Of a DNA stretch of 64,000 nt, positions 46,297 to 57,080 are shown in pieces. Below the pieces are notes generated by a model. It had not been told where the DNA came from and made no database searches. It worked only from the letters and a program-made list of their open reading frames with translations. Origin of the DNA: Candidatus Marinacidobacterales bacterium (lineage in GTDB: Bacteria > Acidobacteriota > Vicinamibacteria > Marinacidobacterales > DATDRI01); NCBI GenBank assembly GCA_965226495.1, contig OZ245365.1:256001-320000 (forward strand), in the 5' to 3' direction. Made by a program: the position numbers and the translations under genes. The stretch's first letter is position 1, and each line of letters begins with the position of its first letter.

Positions 46297-46916
46297 CGGT
46301 GGCGCCCCGCCGCACTGATGAGGCTTGGTGCGGTGCTGGATGCGAGCACCTGGCTTGCAAAAAACGAGTGGACGCGGTCATCCCCGGACAGCTCGGGGTG
46401 AAATGTTGTCGCCATGACGCGGCCCTGGCGTACGAAGACCGGGTCGCCTCGATGGTTGGCCAGGACTTCGACGTCTTTGCCCACCGCTCGAATGATGGGG
46501 GCTCGGATGAAAACCATCTCGAGGGGAGGAGCTCCCAGAGGCGGGCATGGTTCACGGGCGATGTGGCTTTGCGCCTGCCGCCCGTACCCATTTCGCTCGA
46601 TCGAGATATCTAGAAGTGACAAGGTTGCCTGGCTTGGAGAGGTTGCCTTCCTCGCCAACAGGATGGCGCCGGCACAGGTTCCATAAAGTGCCCCACCGTC
46701 TTCATGAAATGCGGCGACGGGGTTCATCAGAGACTCCTCGATTAGGAGCTTGAGCATGGTGGTGCTTTCGCCACCGGGCAGAATGAGGCCCTCGAGCGAC
46801 TCGAGCTCACGGGCGTGTCGGACGAGTCGACTCTCTACACCGAGGCGGTCCAGTACCTCCTGATGCTCGGCGTAGTCGCCCTGGAGGGCGAGAATTCCAA
46901 TGCGAGGTTCACGCAT
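46275..46916 (-). CDS. pdxT: PLP synthase glutaminase subunit
   Basis: GILALQGD, LPGGESTT, GTCAGAI, RNGYGRQ, VFIRAP and FHPEL. Confidence 0.95.
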   Translation of the reverse strand: MREPRIGILALQGDYAEHQEVLDRLGVESRLVRHARELESLEGLILPGGESTTMLKLLIEESLMNPVAAFHEDGGALYGTCAGAILLARKATSPSQATLSLLDISIERNGYGRQAQSHIAREPCPPLGAPPLEMVFIRAPIIRAVGKDVEVLANHRGDPVFVRQGRVMATTFHPELSGDDRVHSFFASQVLASSTAPSLISAAGRHRRLASSG

Positions 46917-46924
46917 ATTTCACT

Positions 46925-47075
46925 CGCCTTCGCCAGCTCCACGGGCGAGTTGGCTTCGGCTCGGCCAGGCTTGCGCCATCCGCCTTCGTTCGCTGCTTTG
47001 GATCTGTGATCAGCGAACTTCGGCGAGACCTCGCCGAAGGCAGGTGCATTAGTGACGCCTGCCATGGCGAAGGCG
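46925..47075. repeat. REP-like palindromic element between pdxS and pdxT
   Basis: Terminal inverted CGCCTTCGCC / GGCGAAGGCG. Internal hairpin CTTCGGCGAG-AC-CTCGCCGAAG is related to 20758-20779. Confidence 0.6.
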
Positions 47076-47077
47076 GG

Positions 47078-47956
47078 TTACCAGCCGCGGGTCTGCAGTA
47101 GATCCTTCGGTTCCAAACGCGCAATGTCGATCCCCTTCATGGGCTCACCCAGATCCTGTGAGACTTCTGCAAGGACCTTGGGCTCGTTGCAGTGAGTGAC
47201 CGCCTTGACGATTGCCACGGCCTGCTTCGCCGGGTCTTCCGACTTGAAGACACCTGAGCCCACGAAAACGGTTTCTGCCCCGAGCTGCATGCAAAGCGCC
47301 GCGTCGGCGGGCGTCGCAACTCCACCGGCCGCGAAGTTGGGAACCGGCAACTTCCCCTTCTCCGCAACCAATCTCACGAGCTCGTAGGGCGCGCCGAGCC
47401 TCTTGGCTTCTGCCATAAGCTCCTCCTCACCCATCACAGTGAGTCGACGCATCTCGCGGTTCATTTGTCTGAGATGGCGAACCGCTTCGACGATGTTGCC
47501 GGAGCCTGCCTCGCCCTTCGTGCGGATGAGGGCAGCCCCCTCGCCGATCCGGCGCAACGCCTCACCGAGATCACGACAACCACAAACGAACGGAACCTCG
47601 AACTGGTGTTTATCGATGTGGTTTTCCTCATCGGCCGGCGTGAGCACTTCACTTTCATCGATGAAGTCGACGCCGAGCTCCTGAAGGATTTGGGCCTCTA
47701 CGAAGTGGCCGATGCGTACCTTAGCCATAACCGGAATGCTCACCGCTGCCATGATATCCCGGATCTTGCGAGGCGATGCCATTCGCGCGATCCCGCCCTC
47801 TTTCCGGATGTCGGCCGGGACTCTCTCCAGCGCCATTACCGAGACCGCCCCTGCGTCTTCCGCGATCTTCGCCTGTTCGGCGTTAGTGACATCCATGATG
47901 GCGCCGCCTTTCAACATGTCGGCGAGACCAGTCTTTAGTCTGAGTTCTGTTGTCAT
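47078..47956 (-). CDS. pdxS: PLP synthase lyase subunit
   Basis: [30 protein letters not shown] and [14 protein letters not shown]. Confidence 0.97.
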   Translation of the reverse strand: MTTELRLKTGLADMLKGGAIMDVTNAEQAKIAEDAGAVSVMALERVPADIRKEGGIARMASPRKIRDIMAAVSIPVMAKVRIGHFVEAQILQELGVDFIDESEVLTPADEENHIDKHQFEVPFVCGCRDLGEALRRIGEGAALIRTKGEAGSGNIVEAVRHLRQMNREMRRLTVMGEEELMAEAKRLGAPYELVRLVAEKGKLPVPNFAAGGVATPADAALCMQLGAETVFVGSGVFKSEDPAKQAVAIVKAVTHCNEPKVLAEVSQDLGEPMKGIDIARLEPKDLLQTRGW

Positions 47957-47976
47957 GATTCTTACCTCCGTTCGTT

Positions 47977-49491
47977 CTAGATATGAAATACCGGCTCACC
48001 GACGGACTGCAACGATCGCTGCGGCTCCCTCGTGATGTACCGCTCGATGAGTTTTCCTAGTCGTTGCACGCCTTCCTCGATGCGATCGGTCGGGACGCGT
48101 GAGATGGAAAGCCGCAGAAATTGCTGGCCCTTTCCATCGATGAAGAACTGACTGCCGGGAGAGAAGAGCACGCCGGCACGCGCCCCGTCCGCGAGAAGGA
48201 TCTCACTGGAGAGATGATGAGGAAGGGTGATCCAAAAGGCATAGCCGCCTTCCGGCTCCGTCCAGGAGACACCTTCCGGAAAGTAGTCGGCCATTGCTTT
48301 CAGCAGGAGCTGGTTTTTCTTCCTGTTCACCCGAGCCAGGTTCCTGAGATGATTTTTGTAATGGCCTCGTTCGCAAAATTCCAGCACCGCCGCCTGAAGG
48401 AGCTGGCTGGTGTGATAGTCGGTGAACATCTTGGCGCGTCGGAGTATTCCAACCAGCTCCGGTGGCGCTACGATCCACCCGAGTCGGAGACCGGGAAAGA
48501 GTCCCTTGGAAAAAGTGCCTAGGTAGAGCACGCTTCCGCCCACGTCGAGTGCTTTGATCGGTGGCAAGGCCTCCCCACGGAAGCGAAGCTCGGAGTCGAA
48601 ATCGTCCTCCACGATCGGTACTCCGTAGCGGCCAGCCAGATTGAGAAGCGTTCGTCTCGACGCAAGGTCCATGGTGATGCCGGTGGGATTGTGAAAGGTG
48701 GGCATCGTGTAGATCAGTCGTACCGGTCGGCTCGCCAAGGTCGCTTCGAGGGCTTGCTGATCTATGCCTCGTTCGGCCATCGGAATGCCGATAACGCGCG
48801 CCTGATACTGCGCGAGAACCGGAAGGACTGCGGTGTAGGTCGGGCTCTCCACCACGACCGTGTCTCCCGGATTGACCAGCGCCCGGAAGACGAGGTCCAG
48901 ACCTTGCTGGGAACCGTTGACGATCAAAACGTGCTCAGGCGTCGCTCGGACTTTACGCTCCGCAAGCCGCTCCGCGATGTATCGACGCAGCGGCGGGTAG
49001 CCGGGCACTGCCCCGTATTGCAGGAGCCGCTTCCCTTGACTGCGTAAGACGGCGTCGACGGTTTTGCGAAATGGCTCGATGGGGAAAAGCTCCTCGTCAG
49101 GGATGAGCGATGCAAAATCGATGGGATCGGGATGCTCGATGGGAGGAGCTTCTGAAAGCAGATGCCGGCCAGCTGCCTCCATCGCCCGCGAAATGGGCCA
49201 CGTCAATGTTTTTGCGTGCTGTGGCTCCGCGCTGTCCAAGACGAAAGTCCCTTGGCCGACGTGAGAGCGCACCAAGCCTTCTGACGCCAAGCCGTCGTAG
49301 GCGCTGGCAACCGTAGCCCGATTGACGCTTAGGCGGATGGCGAGGTCGCGGCCGGCAGGGAGGCGTGTGCCGGGTACCAGCTTGCCACTGAGGATGAGTT
49401 GGGTGATCTGCCTTTGCACCTGCCGATAGAGCGGCAGGTCCGCCCCCCGGTCCAAGTGGATTGGCAGTGTCGACGAAGCCAATTGGCCCAT
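47977..49491 (-). CDS. pdxR: MocR/GabR-family PLP-dependent transcriptional regulator (PdxR-like)
   Basis: GntR HTH (PLYRQ, L.VNR.TV..AY..L..EG, GQGTFV) plus aminotransferase domain (GSQQGLD, FHNPTG, EDD, GTFSK, GLRLGW); lies upstream of pdxST. Confidence 0.8.
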   Translation of the reverse strand: MGQLASSTLPIHLDRGADLPLYRQVQRQITQLILSGKLVPGTRLPAGRDLAIRLSVNRATVASAYDGLASEGLVRSHVGQGTFVLDSAEPQHAKTLTWPISRAMEAAGRHLLSEAPPIEHPDPIDFASLIPDEELFPIEPFRKTVDAVLRSQGKRLLQYGAVPGYPPLRRYIAERLAERKVRATPEHVLIVNGSQQGLDLVFRALVNPGDTVVVESPTYTAVLPVLAQYQARVIGIPMAERGIDQQALEATLASRPVRLIYTMPTFHNPTGITMDLASRRTLLNLAGRYGVPIVEDDFDSELRFRGEALPPIKALDVGGSVLYLGTFSKGLFPGLRLGWIVAPPELVGILRRAKMFTDYHTSQLLQAAVLEFCERGHYKNHLRNLARVNRKKNQLLLKAMADYFPEGVSWTEPEGGYAFWITLPHHLSSEILLADGARAGVLFSPGSQFFIDGKGQQFLRLSISRVPTDRIEEGVQRLGKLIERYITREPQRSLQSVGEPVFHI

Positions 49492-49551
49492 ACCAATACT
49501 TATTATCGCGCAATTCCAGGCTTGTCAAGCTAAGACAATTGCCAATTGGCC
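49478..49551 (-). promoter_or_regulatory. pdxR promoter/operator region
   Basis: Palindrome GCCAATTGGC at 49478 and 49541 flanks a minus-strand TTGACA (49523-49528) and an AT-rich -10 region. Confidence 0.5.
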
Positions 49552-49593
49552 TAGAACAAGGCCGGTCCAAGACGGGGGTCAATCGGGGCGCTA

Positions 49594-51570
49594 CTATTGA
49601 TGGGCGATCTCGTAGACCTTCGCCTCGATGAAGAGCTCCAACAGATCGGCGTCCACTTGTCCTCTCTCCGCGTCGCCTCTGAGGATATCGAGTGCCTTTG
49701 CGGTGGGGACCGCCCGCTTGTAGGGCCGATCGCGCGCGGCCAGCGCATCGAAGATGTCCGCGATCGTCATCATCCGTGTCTGGGGAGGGATTTCGTCTCC
49801 CTTCAGGTTGAAGCCGTAGCCGCTTCCGTCTAGCTTTTCGTGGTGTCTTCCCGCGATTTTCGGGATGTTCTCGAGCTCTCGAGTCCAGTCGATCTCAATG
49901 AGGAAGTTGAACGTGTGCGCGACGTGTTCTTGGATCTCCTGACGCTCCTCGTGAGTCAGCGTCCCCTTCGGGATGGAGAGGGCCTCGAGCTCACGGGGTT
50001 CGAGGTAGGCGCGGGGCGTTCCGTCGAGGTCGTCGAACCGAAGGTGCCCAATCTGTTTGATCTTCTCGAATCGCTCGACGTGAGTCACGGTCGGCTTGTT
50101 GCTGGCAAGGATTTCCGCCAAGGCCTCATCAACTTCGTTCACTCTTCGCCGCAGCTCCGCCTCCGTCGACGCAAGCTCTTCGGCGGAAAGCTCGCCTTTC
50201 GTTTCGACGATGCGGTTCAGGACCCCCCTTAAGAGCTGTGCTTCGAGCGTCCGTTTGATGGTTTGAAAGCGCTCCTTTATGAGATCGACCTGGCCGTAAT
50301 AAAGCTTAGTGGCTTTGACGAGAACTTTTGCGTCAACACCTACCTTACCGAAATCGTGAAGGAGGGCTGCGTACTTGAGCTCTTTGACCTGCTTCGAGTC
50401 CAGACGGAGGTCACGGTAGACGCCGTGGTTGGTTCGGTTGACGACGTCCGCTAGGCCGGTCGTCATTTTCGCAACCCGTGTGGAATGGCCCTTCGTGGTC
50501 GGGTCCCGACTCTCGATGGCATGTACCGAAGCCCACACAAAGTCAAAGAAAAGCCGGTCGATTCGTTGGTAGAGGCGGTTGTTATCGACGGAGACCGCCG
50601 CCTGACTCGCTAGGGAACGGACTAGCTGCTCGTCGAGAGCAGTAAAAGGTACGACTTCCTTCTCGAAGCTGTCCATCTCGGTCAAACGCGTCGAAGAGGC
50701 TTTCTTCTTGTTGATGAGCTGCAACACACCGATCGTCTCGCCTCCCTGATTCAGCATCGGCACCACCAACATCGAGCGGGTACGGTAGCCGGTGGTCTCG
50801 TCGAAACTTCGGTTGATAGTGAAGGGCTTATCCGGCGGGATGTTGTAGGCATCCTCGAGGTTCAAGGTAACACCGGTCTCCGCTACATAGCCCGCGATGC
50901 TCCCGGGACTGATTCGCAAAATGTCTTCTTCAAATTGAAACTCCCGCGAATCGTTCTGCGCCAGACGAAACTGCAGCCACTTTCCTTCCACCCTTTGCCG
51001 GTCACCCATCCGGTTCTCCGGGCCGATGGGTCTATCGATGCTCTCGACGAGGAACAAGCTGCCCGCGTCCGCCTGCGTAATCTCGCGGCTCTTGGTCAAG
51101 ATGAGATTCAAGAGGCGCTCATGGTCGCGCTCGGCGGAAAGGGCGATGCCGATAGCGTTGAGCTCTTCTAGCTCGCGCGCTCTTTGTTCAGCAGCCTTCT
51201 GTGACTCCAAGAGGTTCTGCTGTGATGCCAAGAGATGGCTTGCGTTTCGGAGTGTCCGGAGTAGGTCCTTTTCCCGCGGCTTGTCAGGCAGGACATCGAA
51301 GACGAGCTCGTCGAGAACGAGTGGCACTCCGTCTCCATCGTCGCCAACTGCCAAAACTGGGAGAGCGAAGGGTGACGACTCCTTAGCGAGGTGGCGGAGC
51401 TCGTCGGAGTGCTCCCGGAGAAGCTCCACGTCCACGACAAGAAGGGCCCCGGACTCGGGACAGGCGTGGGGAGCCGAGAACTCACCGACGGTGAACTCGC
51501 GGTGGATCGCAGGGTACTCTTCCGAGGAGAGCCACCCTCTTTGCTTTGACCACACCAGAAGTTGGTGCAT
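49594..51570 (-). CDS. GAF + HD-GYP-type phosphohydrolase (cyclic dinucleotide phosphodiesterase-like)
   Basis: GAF FD..TGYRTRSMLVVPM; AIESRD..T.GHS.RV, LLHDFGK, HHEKLDGSGY and ADIFDAL..RPYK. Confidence 0.88.
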   Translation of the reverse strand: MHQLLVWSKQRGWLSSEEYPAIHREFTVGEFSAPHACPESGALLVVDVELLREHSDELRHLAKESSPFALPVLAVGDDGDGVPLVLDELVFDVLPDKPREKDLLRTLRNASHLLASQQNLLESQKAAEQRARELEELNAIGIALSAERDHERLLNLILTKSREITQADAGSLFLVESIDRPIGPENRMGDRQRVEGKWLQFRLAQNDSREFQFEEDILRISPGSIAGYVAETGVTLNLEDAYNIPPDKPFTINRSFDETTGYRTRSMLVVPMLNQGGETIGVLQLINKKKASSTRLTEMDSFEKEVVPFTALDEQLVRSLASQAAVSVDNNRLYQRIDRLFFDFVWASVHAIESRDPTTKGHSTRVAKMTTGLADVVNRTNHGVYRDLRLDSKQVKELKYAALLHDFGKVGVDAKVLVKATKLYYGQVDLIKERFQTIKRTLEAQLLRGVLNRIVETKGELSAEELASTEAELRRRVNEVDEALAEILASNKPTVTHVERFEKIKQIGHLRFDDLDGTPRAYLEPRELEALSIPKGTLTHEERQEIQEHVAHTFNFLIEIDWTRELENIPKIAGRHHEKLDGSGYGFNLKGDEIPPQTRMMTIADIFDALAARDRPYKRAVPTAKALDILRGDAERGQVDADLLELFIEAKVYEIAHQ

Positions 51571-51629
51571 GAAATGTTTCCTTTTCCGTCGGCGGGGCGA
51601 CGCTATGCTATCGGTTTGGCGCCGCCCGG

Positions 51630-52517
51630 TCAAACTTCAGTCTCGACGATACGGCTCTGACGCACGAGGTAGACGCTCGCCAAAAGGACGGCCGCTCCCA
51701 AAATCTGTCTCACCGATACGTTCTCGCCGAGGGTTAGCCATGCGATCGCGAGCCCCGCCACCGGGGTAAGGTTCGAATAGACCGCGGTGCGTGTGGCTCC
51801 TACACGGGAGACGGCGTAGTACCAGAAGAAATATGCGGCGGAGAGCGCGAAAACGAAGGAATACGCTGTTCCTAACCAAGCCGTCCACGGAACCCGCTCG
51901 AACGGGACGCGAAGGAGCGACGGAATACCGAAAGGGATATAGAACAATGATCCAAGGGTCATCGTATAAGCCGAAAGCCGGAGCGGGCCGAGCCGACCCA
52001 ACAGGCTCTTGCTTGCCACCGTGTAGAACGCCCAGCAAATCGCTGCAGCAATTATCAGAAGATCACCAATAGTGTCGCCCCCGTTTGTAGACGACGGGTC
52101 CATGACGAGATAGACTCCGAAGACCGAAGCGGTGACGCCGACCCACGTCAACGAAGACGACCTTTCTTGTCCCGTCATGTGTCCGAGCACGGTTACCACG
52201 ACGGGGGTCATTGAAATAAGCAGCGCAGAATTGCTGGCGCTCGTCCGATCTATACCGAAAACGAAAGTGAACTGATAGAGAGTGTGACCCAACAGGCCTA
52301 ATAGCAGCAATCTTGGGAGATCGGCGCGGGACAGCACCCTAGGCTTGTCGAGTAGCGTGAATGCCAGCAGGAGAGTGGAGGAGCCAACGAGACGGATGGT
52401 ATTGAAAGCGAGAGGTGGGAGGTGCGAGAGAACCGCCTTGACGACGCTGAAGTTCGCTGCCCAGATGAGGACCGTCAGCAGAAGCACGACGTCTACGGTG
52501 CCGAAACGACGGGTCAT
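51630..52517 (-). CDS. DMT/EamA family transporter
   Basis: About 10 TM; IWA.NF.V.K, GD.L...A...WA.Y and NLTPV......LGE. Confidence 0.9.
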   Translation of the reverse strand: MTRRFGTVDVVLLLTVLIWAANFSVVKAVLSHLPPLAFNTIRLVGSSTLLLAFTLLDKPRVLSRADLPRLLLLGLLGHTLYQFTFVFGIDRTSASNSALLISMTPVVVTVLGHMTGQERSSSLTWVGVTASVFGVYLVMDPSSTNGGDTIGDLLIIAAAICWAFYTVASKSLLGRLGPLRLSAYTMTLGSLFYIPFGIPSLLRVPFERVPWTAWLGTAYSFVFALSAAYFFWYYAVSRVGATRTAVYSNLTPVAGLAIAWLTLGENVSVRQILGAAVLLASVYLVRQSRIVETEV

Positions 52518-52621
52518 CGCTTTTGGGGGCGAGTCAGGCGCGGCAAACCATAGCGTTTGCCATAAGGACTCCGGCCATGCGGCAGAGATGGCAACCCGGT
52601 GACTCTAGGGGGCAGGGAGAG

Positions 52622-53512
52622 TTACATCATTCTCTTGATGATTCTCTGCGATTCTTCCTTGCCCAGGCCGAGTGGGCGATGCGCGATGGGGCCGCCTTCC
52701 TCGAGAACCGGTTCCAGCTGATCTAGGGTCGGGCGACTCACCTCGTGAAATAGCCCGGTGTAGATGGTGTCTCCCCACTCCATGGCTTTTTCGCAAGCCG
52801 TTTTCCAATCGGTGGGGTCGTGGCCCTCGTCCTCTAATTTCTTCACACGCGGCCGAAAGAAGGCGTAGGTGTTGTCGTGATTAAAGGTCACGCAGGGGCT
52901 GAAAATGTCGACCAGGGCGAAGCCTTTGTGTTGGATGGCCTTCTTTATGAGGTCCATCAGGTGTTTGGCATCCCCGCTGTACCCTCGAGCCACGAACGTA
53001 GCGCCGTTCATGATGGCCGAAGTGATCGGGTTGACCGGCCTCTCGACGTTGCCGAAGGGCGTGCTCTTGGTCTTCATCCCCATTTCACTGCTCGGGGAGA
53101 CTTGTCCGGTAGTGAGTCCATAGATCTGATTGTTCATAACCAGATAAGTCATGTCGACGTTGCGGCGCGCGGTGTGAACGAAATGATTGCCGCCGATGCC
53201 GTAGCCGTCGCCGTCGCCTCCGGTGGCGATCACCGTCAAGTCGTGATTCGCCATCTTGACGCCCGTTGCCACCGCCAAAGCACGACCGTGGAGGGTATGC
53301 ATCCCGTAGGAGTTGAAGTAACCCGGGAAGTTCGACGAGCAGCCGATGCCGCTCACGGTCACGATTTCGTGAGGTCGGAGTCCCATCTCGGCGGAGACCT
53401 TCTGAAGGGTATTGAGAACGCCAAAGTCCCCGCAGCCCGGACACCAGTCCGGCTCCACTTTTCCTTTGAAATCCTTGGCTTTCAGCTCAACGGCAGTCGG
53501 TGCGCTAGACAT
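52622..53512 (-). CDS. korB: 2-oxoacid:ferredoxin oxidoreductase beta subunit
   Basis: WCPGCGDF, SGIGCS, HTLHGR, GGDGD and NNQIYGLTTGQ.SP. Confidence 0.93.
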   Translation of the reverse strand: MSSAPTAVELKAKDFKGKVEPDWCPGCGDFGVLNTLQKVSAEMGLRPHEIVTVSGIGCSSNFPGYFNSYGMHTLHGRALAVATGVKMANHDLTVIATGGDGDGYGIGGNHFVHTARRNVDMTYLVMNNQIYGLTTGQVSPSSEMGMKTKSTPFGNVERPVNPITSAIMNGATFVARGYSGDAKHLMDLIKKAIQHKGFALVDIFSPCVTFNHDNTYAFFRPRVKKLEDEGHDPTDWKTACEKAMEWGDTIYTGLFHEVSRPTLDQLEPVLEEGGPIAHRPLGLGKEESQRIIKRMM

Positions 53513-53524
53513 GTTTTCTCCTCT

Positions 53525-55318
53525 TCAAACCATGATTTCCTGGAAGGGAACATAGTGGTCCGTTTTTCCGGCCATCTGTTCGAGCACGCCCTCGACGATG
53601 TGATGAGGCATGAACGGTTCGCCATCATATTTACGAATATGCCCATCGACGTTGAGGCCGGTCTCGCTCCGCAGATAGCGGAAGAACTGTCCGGAGTGGT
53701 TGTTCTCGATGATGATCGTCTTCTTGGCGCGGTTGACGATGTCGGTGATCGCATGTGCGTGCAAGGGTACGATCCACTTGACGGCGAGCTGGTTGGCGGT
53801 GACTCCCTTTTCTTTGAGCTGCGCGATCGCTTCTTTGATCACGTCAGCCGTAGAGCCAAAACCGATGAGGGTCACGTCAGCGTCGGGGGGGCCTTCGAGC
53901 TTGGGTGGCGCGATTTCGTTCACCACGTTCTCGAACTTACGCGCTCGCTTTTCAACCATCTTTCGACGCTTGTGAGGATTGGTGAACTCGTCGCTGATCA
54001 GAATTCCGTCTTCGTCGTGCTCGTCGCTGGCCACCACGTGGACATGGCCTTCGACTCCAGGAATCGCACGAGGAGAAATCCCGCTCTCGGTGTTCTTGTA
54101 GCGCATGTAGTCGTCTTCGACTCCAGGGGGTCCGGGCTTGGTGACCAACTCGCCGCGATCGATCTTCGGATGCATGTCGATCGTATCCGGATCGGCGCTG
54201 AATGTTCCTTCCGAAATCAGCAAGTCGGAGAGCACGATACCCGGACACTGAAACTTGTCGACGAGGTTGAAGAGCTCGGGAATCGTGTCGAAGGCGTCCA
54301 GAGCGTTCTCGGGTGCAACGATGAAACGTTGGAAGTCACCCTGGCTGGCGCCGAGCATTTGCCACAAGTCACCCTGCTCGGTCTTAGTAGGAACCCCGGT
54401 GGACGGACCGGCCCGCTGCACATTAATGAAAACGACCGGAATCTCCATCATGCCCGCCATTCCGACGGCTTCGGTCATCAACGCGAAGCCTCCACCAGCA
54501 GTGGCGCACATGGACCGGGCCCCGGTGTGGGCCGCCCCGATGGCCATGTTGGCGACGCTAATCTCGTCTTCAACCTGGCGAACCATGATTCCGAGCTCGC
54601 GAGCGTTCTTGGCCATCCAGTGGAGGACGCCGGTCGCCGGGCTCATCGGATAGGCGCAGTAGAACTTGACGCCTGCCGCCGCACCACCCATCGCCAAGGC
54701 ATCGTTGCCGGTCCAGACCGCGAGCGGCTTGGCTCCTTCCGAGATAGGTTCCGCGTAAGGCTGGAAGTTCGCCTGCGCATACTTAAACCCGGCGCGAGCC
54801 ACCCCGACGTTCTCGTCTACCACTTCCTGGCCTTTCCGCTGGAACTGCAACGTCAGTGCGTCCTCGAGAGTCTTGAAGTCCATCCCGAACAAGAACACGG
54901 TCACGCCGAGGGCGACGGTGTTCTGCACGAGCTTGTTGCGACTGTTGTTGCTGAGCTCGCCCACCGGCATCGCGCACAACTGCACGCCTTCCGCCGTTTT
55001 CCCCGGTTTGACGGTGTCACTATTGAAGATGACGCTGGTTCCTGCTCCCATCAGCCCAAGGTGTCGATCCATGGTGTCTTGATTGAGACACATCAGCAGG
55101 TCGAGCTTGTCTCCATGGGAGTAGACCTCTTGGTCGCTCACTCTGACGGTAAGAAAGATGTGCCCGCCTCGAATGATGGATTGATACGCGTTGTACGCGT
55201 TCAAGTGGAGTCCACGACGGACGAATATGCGAGCAAGGATGTTTCCCGGAGTTGCGATTCCTTGTCCAGCGGCTCCCCCGATGGCGAGGGCGAAGTCGTA
55301 TTTCTTAGAACTCATCAA
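53525..55318 (-). CDS. korA: 2-oxoacid:ferredoxin oxidoreductase alpha subunit (gamma-alpha fusion)
   Basis: GG.AGQGI, IRGGH, YPMSPA, EDEI and QRAGPSTG.PTKTEQGD. Confidence 0.93.
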   Translation of the reverse strand: MMSSKKYDFALAIGGAAGQGIATPGNILARIFVRRGLHLNAYNAYQSIIRGGHIFLTVRVSDQEVYSHGDKLDLLMCLNQDTMDRHLGLMGAGTSVIFNSDTVKPGKTAEGVQLCAMPVGELSNNSRNKLVQNTVALGVTVFLFGMDFKTLEDALTLQFQRKGQEVVDENVGVARAGFKYAQANFQPYAEPISEGAKPLAVWTGNDALAMGGAAAGVKFYCAYPMSPATGVLHWMAKNARELGIMVRQVEDEISVANMAIGAAHTGARSMCATAGGGFALMTEAVGMAGMMEIPVVFINVQRAGPSTGVPTKTEQGDLWQMLGASQGDFQRFIVAPENALDAFDTIPELFNLVDKFQCPGIVLSDLLISEGTFSADPDTIDMHPKIDRGELVTKPGPPGVEDDYMRYKNTESGISPRAIPGVEGHVHVVASDEHDEDGILISDEFTNPHKRRKMVEKRARKFENVVNEIAPPKLEGPPDADVTLIGFGSTADVIKEAIAQLKEKGVTANQLAVKWIVPLHAHAITDIVNRAKKTIIIENNHSGQFFRYLRSETGLNVDGHIRKYDGEPFMPHHIVEGVLEQMAGKTDHYVPFQEIMV

Positions 55319-55502
55319 ATGTCTCCATAAGGTCAGATCAGACGATACGAGGCAGAGGGAAGCCCAACCGATTTACGCCTAATTACGATGTTGCTCTTGG
55401 CGGCCAGAAAGAGTCAGGTTAGCCTCGACCTCGAACCCTAAATCTTAGCATCCTCGGACCCCGATACCAAGGGGGGCGTCCTGCCGCGTTCGATAGTGCC
55501 GC

Positions 55503-55552
55503 CTGGCTAGCTCGATATTGGCAACTTGGTATTTTGGCGGCCAGAGGGAACC
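55503..55552 (-). repeat. Solo copy of repeat family B upstream of korA
   Basis: Minus strand GGTTCCCTCTGGCCGCCAAAATACCAAGTTGCCAATATCGAGCTAGCCAG aligns with the array unit at 46240. Confidence 0.65.
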
Positions 55553-55654
55553 AAGGAGCATCCAAAGCCTACTGGACGCCCGACACGATCTGCAGCCCCG
55601 GCAGTGGGCTGGGGCAGAATCGGAGCTTTGGCTGAACGGATGGAGTCGGCGGTC

Positions 55655-57037
55655 TTAGCTTGCGTGCTGCTGTTTGCGGAAGGCTTCTGGCTGGATGCCG
55701 TATTTCTTCATGACATCGTAGAAGTCTTTCCGATCCTTCTTGGCCAGCCGGGCAGCCTGGCTGATGTTGCCCTGGCAGATACGGAGAACTTGAGAAATAT
55801 ACTCTTTCTCGAACTCCCGCTTGGCTTCCTTGAAGGATTGGAACTTGTTTGAGGAAACCGGAACGTGGAAGAAAAGATCCTCGGCGGTGATGACGTTGTT
55901 GCGCGTCAGAACCATGGCTTGCTTGATCTTGTTCTTGAGCTCGCGCACGTTTCCCGGCCACTGATATGTCATCATCTTCTGGATGGCGGCGGGCGAGAAT
56001 CCCTCCACCACTTTTCCCAACTCCTTGTTGAAGTCGCTGAGGAAGTGATTGATGAGGAGCGGTATGTCCTCTTTACGCTCCCGGAGTGGTGGAATGTTTA
56101 CGGGGATGACGTTCAAGCGGTAGAAGAGGTCCTCGCGGAACGACTTCTCGGCTATGGCTTGGATCAGATCTTTGTTGGTGGCGGCGATCACCCGGACATC
56201 CACCCGGATGGGGCGTGTCGATCCGATTCGCTTGAATTCGCCATCCTGCAAGACGCGCAGGAACTTGACCTGAAGGGTTACCGGCAGCTCCCCGATTTCG
56301 TCCAAGAACAGCGTGCCCCCATGCGCCTCTTCGAATAAGCCCTTCTGATCGGTTCGGGCGTCGGTGTAGGCGCCTTTCACGTGGCCGAAGAGCTCGTTCT
56401 CGATCAGGTTTTCGGGGATCGCTCCGCAGTTTTCAACGACAAAGGGTCGATCGGCGCGCTTGCCGGTATAGTGGATGGCTCGCGCCACGAGCTCCTTACC
56501 GGTGCCGGACTCACCGTAAATGATAACCGGGACGTCGTTTTGCGCCACGATGGAGGTTTGAGTGAGCAGCTCCTCGATCTTCGCACAAGCACCCACAATG
56601 TAGTCGGACTTCCGCCGGCTCATGATCTTGGTGCGGACCTGCCGGGCCTCGGAACTCGTGATTTGATGGTCTAGCGCCTTTTTAACCTTGGTGACTAGAT
56701 CTTCCACGTCGAATGGCTTGGTGACGTAATGGTAAATACCGTCCCGCATGAGCTGCACGGCTTCGTCCACCTCGGCGTAGGCCGTCATGACGATGATGGG
56801 GATATTCGGATTGAACTGCGCTACCGCCCTCACCAACTCGTCCCCTCGGAGCTTGGGCATCCTCAGGTCCGTAATTATCAAATTGAAGACTTCCTTACGG
56901 ATGAGGTCGAGCCCCTCTTCGCCGTTGGGAGCCGTATGCACGGCGTAGCCCTCGCGCTCCAGACGCTGCCGGAGCATGCGTTGCATACTGGCATCGTCAT
57001 CGACAACAAGGACCTGCGACCCAGTGGGTTCGTTCAT
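55655..57037 (-). CDS. sigma54-dependent response regulator (NtrC/GlrR-like)
   Basis: Receiver VDDD..TDLRMP..K, GESGTGKE, ELFGH.KGAYTDA, LFLDEIG, FREDLFYRL, WPGNVREL and HTH. Confidence 0.93.
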   Translation of the reverse strand: MNEPTGSQVLVVDDDASMQRMLRQRLEREGYAVHTAPNGEEGLDLIRKEVFNLIITDLRMPKLRGDELVRAVAQFNPNIPIIVMTAYAEVDEAVQLMRDGIYHYVTKPFDVEDLVTKVKKALDHQITSSEARQVRTKIMSRRKSDYIVGACAKIEELLTQTSIVAQNDVPVIIYGESGTGKELVARAIHYTGKRADRPFVVENCGAIPENLIENELFGHVKGAYTDARTDQKGLFEEAHGGTLFLDEIGELPVTLQVKFLRVLQDGEFKRIGSTRPIRVDVRVIAATNKDLIQAIAEKSFREDLFYRLNVIPVNIPPLRERKEDIPLLINHFLSDFNKELGKVVEGFSPAAIQKMMTYQWPGNVRELKNKIKQAMVLTRNNVITAEDLFFHVPVSSNKFQSFKEAKREFEKEYISQVLRICQGNISQAARLAKKDRKDFYDVMKKYGIQPEAFRKQQHAS

Positions 57038-57080
57038 TGTTACGGCTCCGTTTGTCGTACTGTTGGGGGTGTGGGGAAAA

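Noticed and set aside
52877-55330. 817-aa plus-strand ORF
   Set aside because: Antisense shadow of korA/korB with no recognisable motifs; expected in GC-rich DNA.
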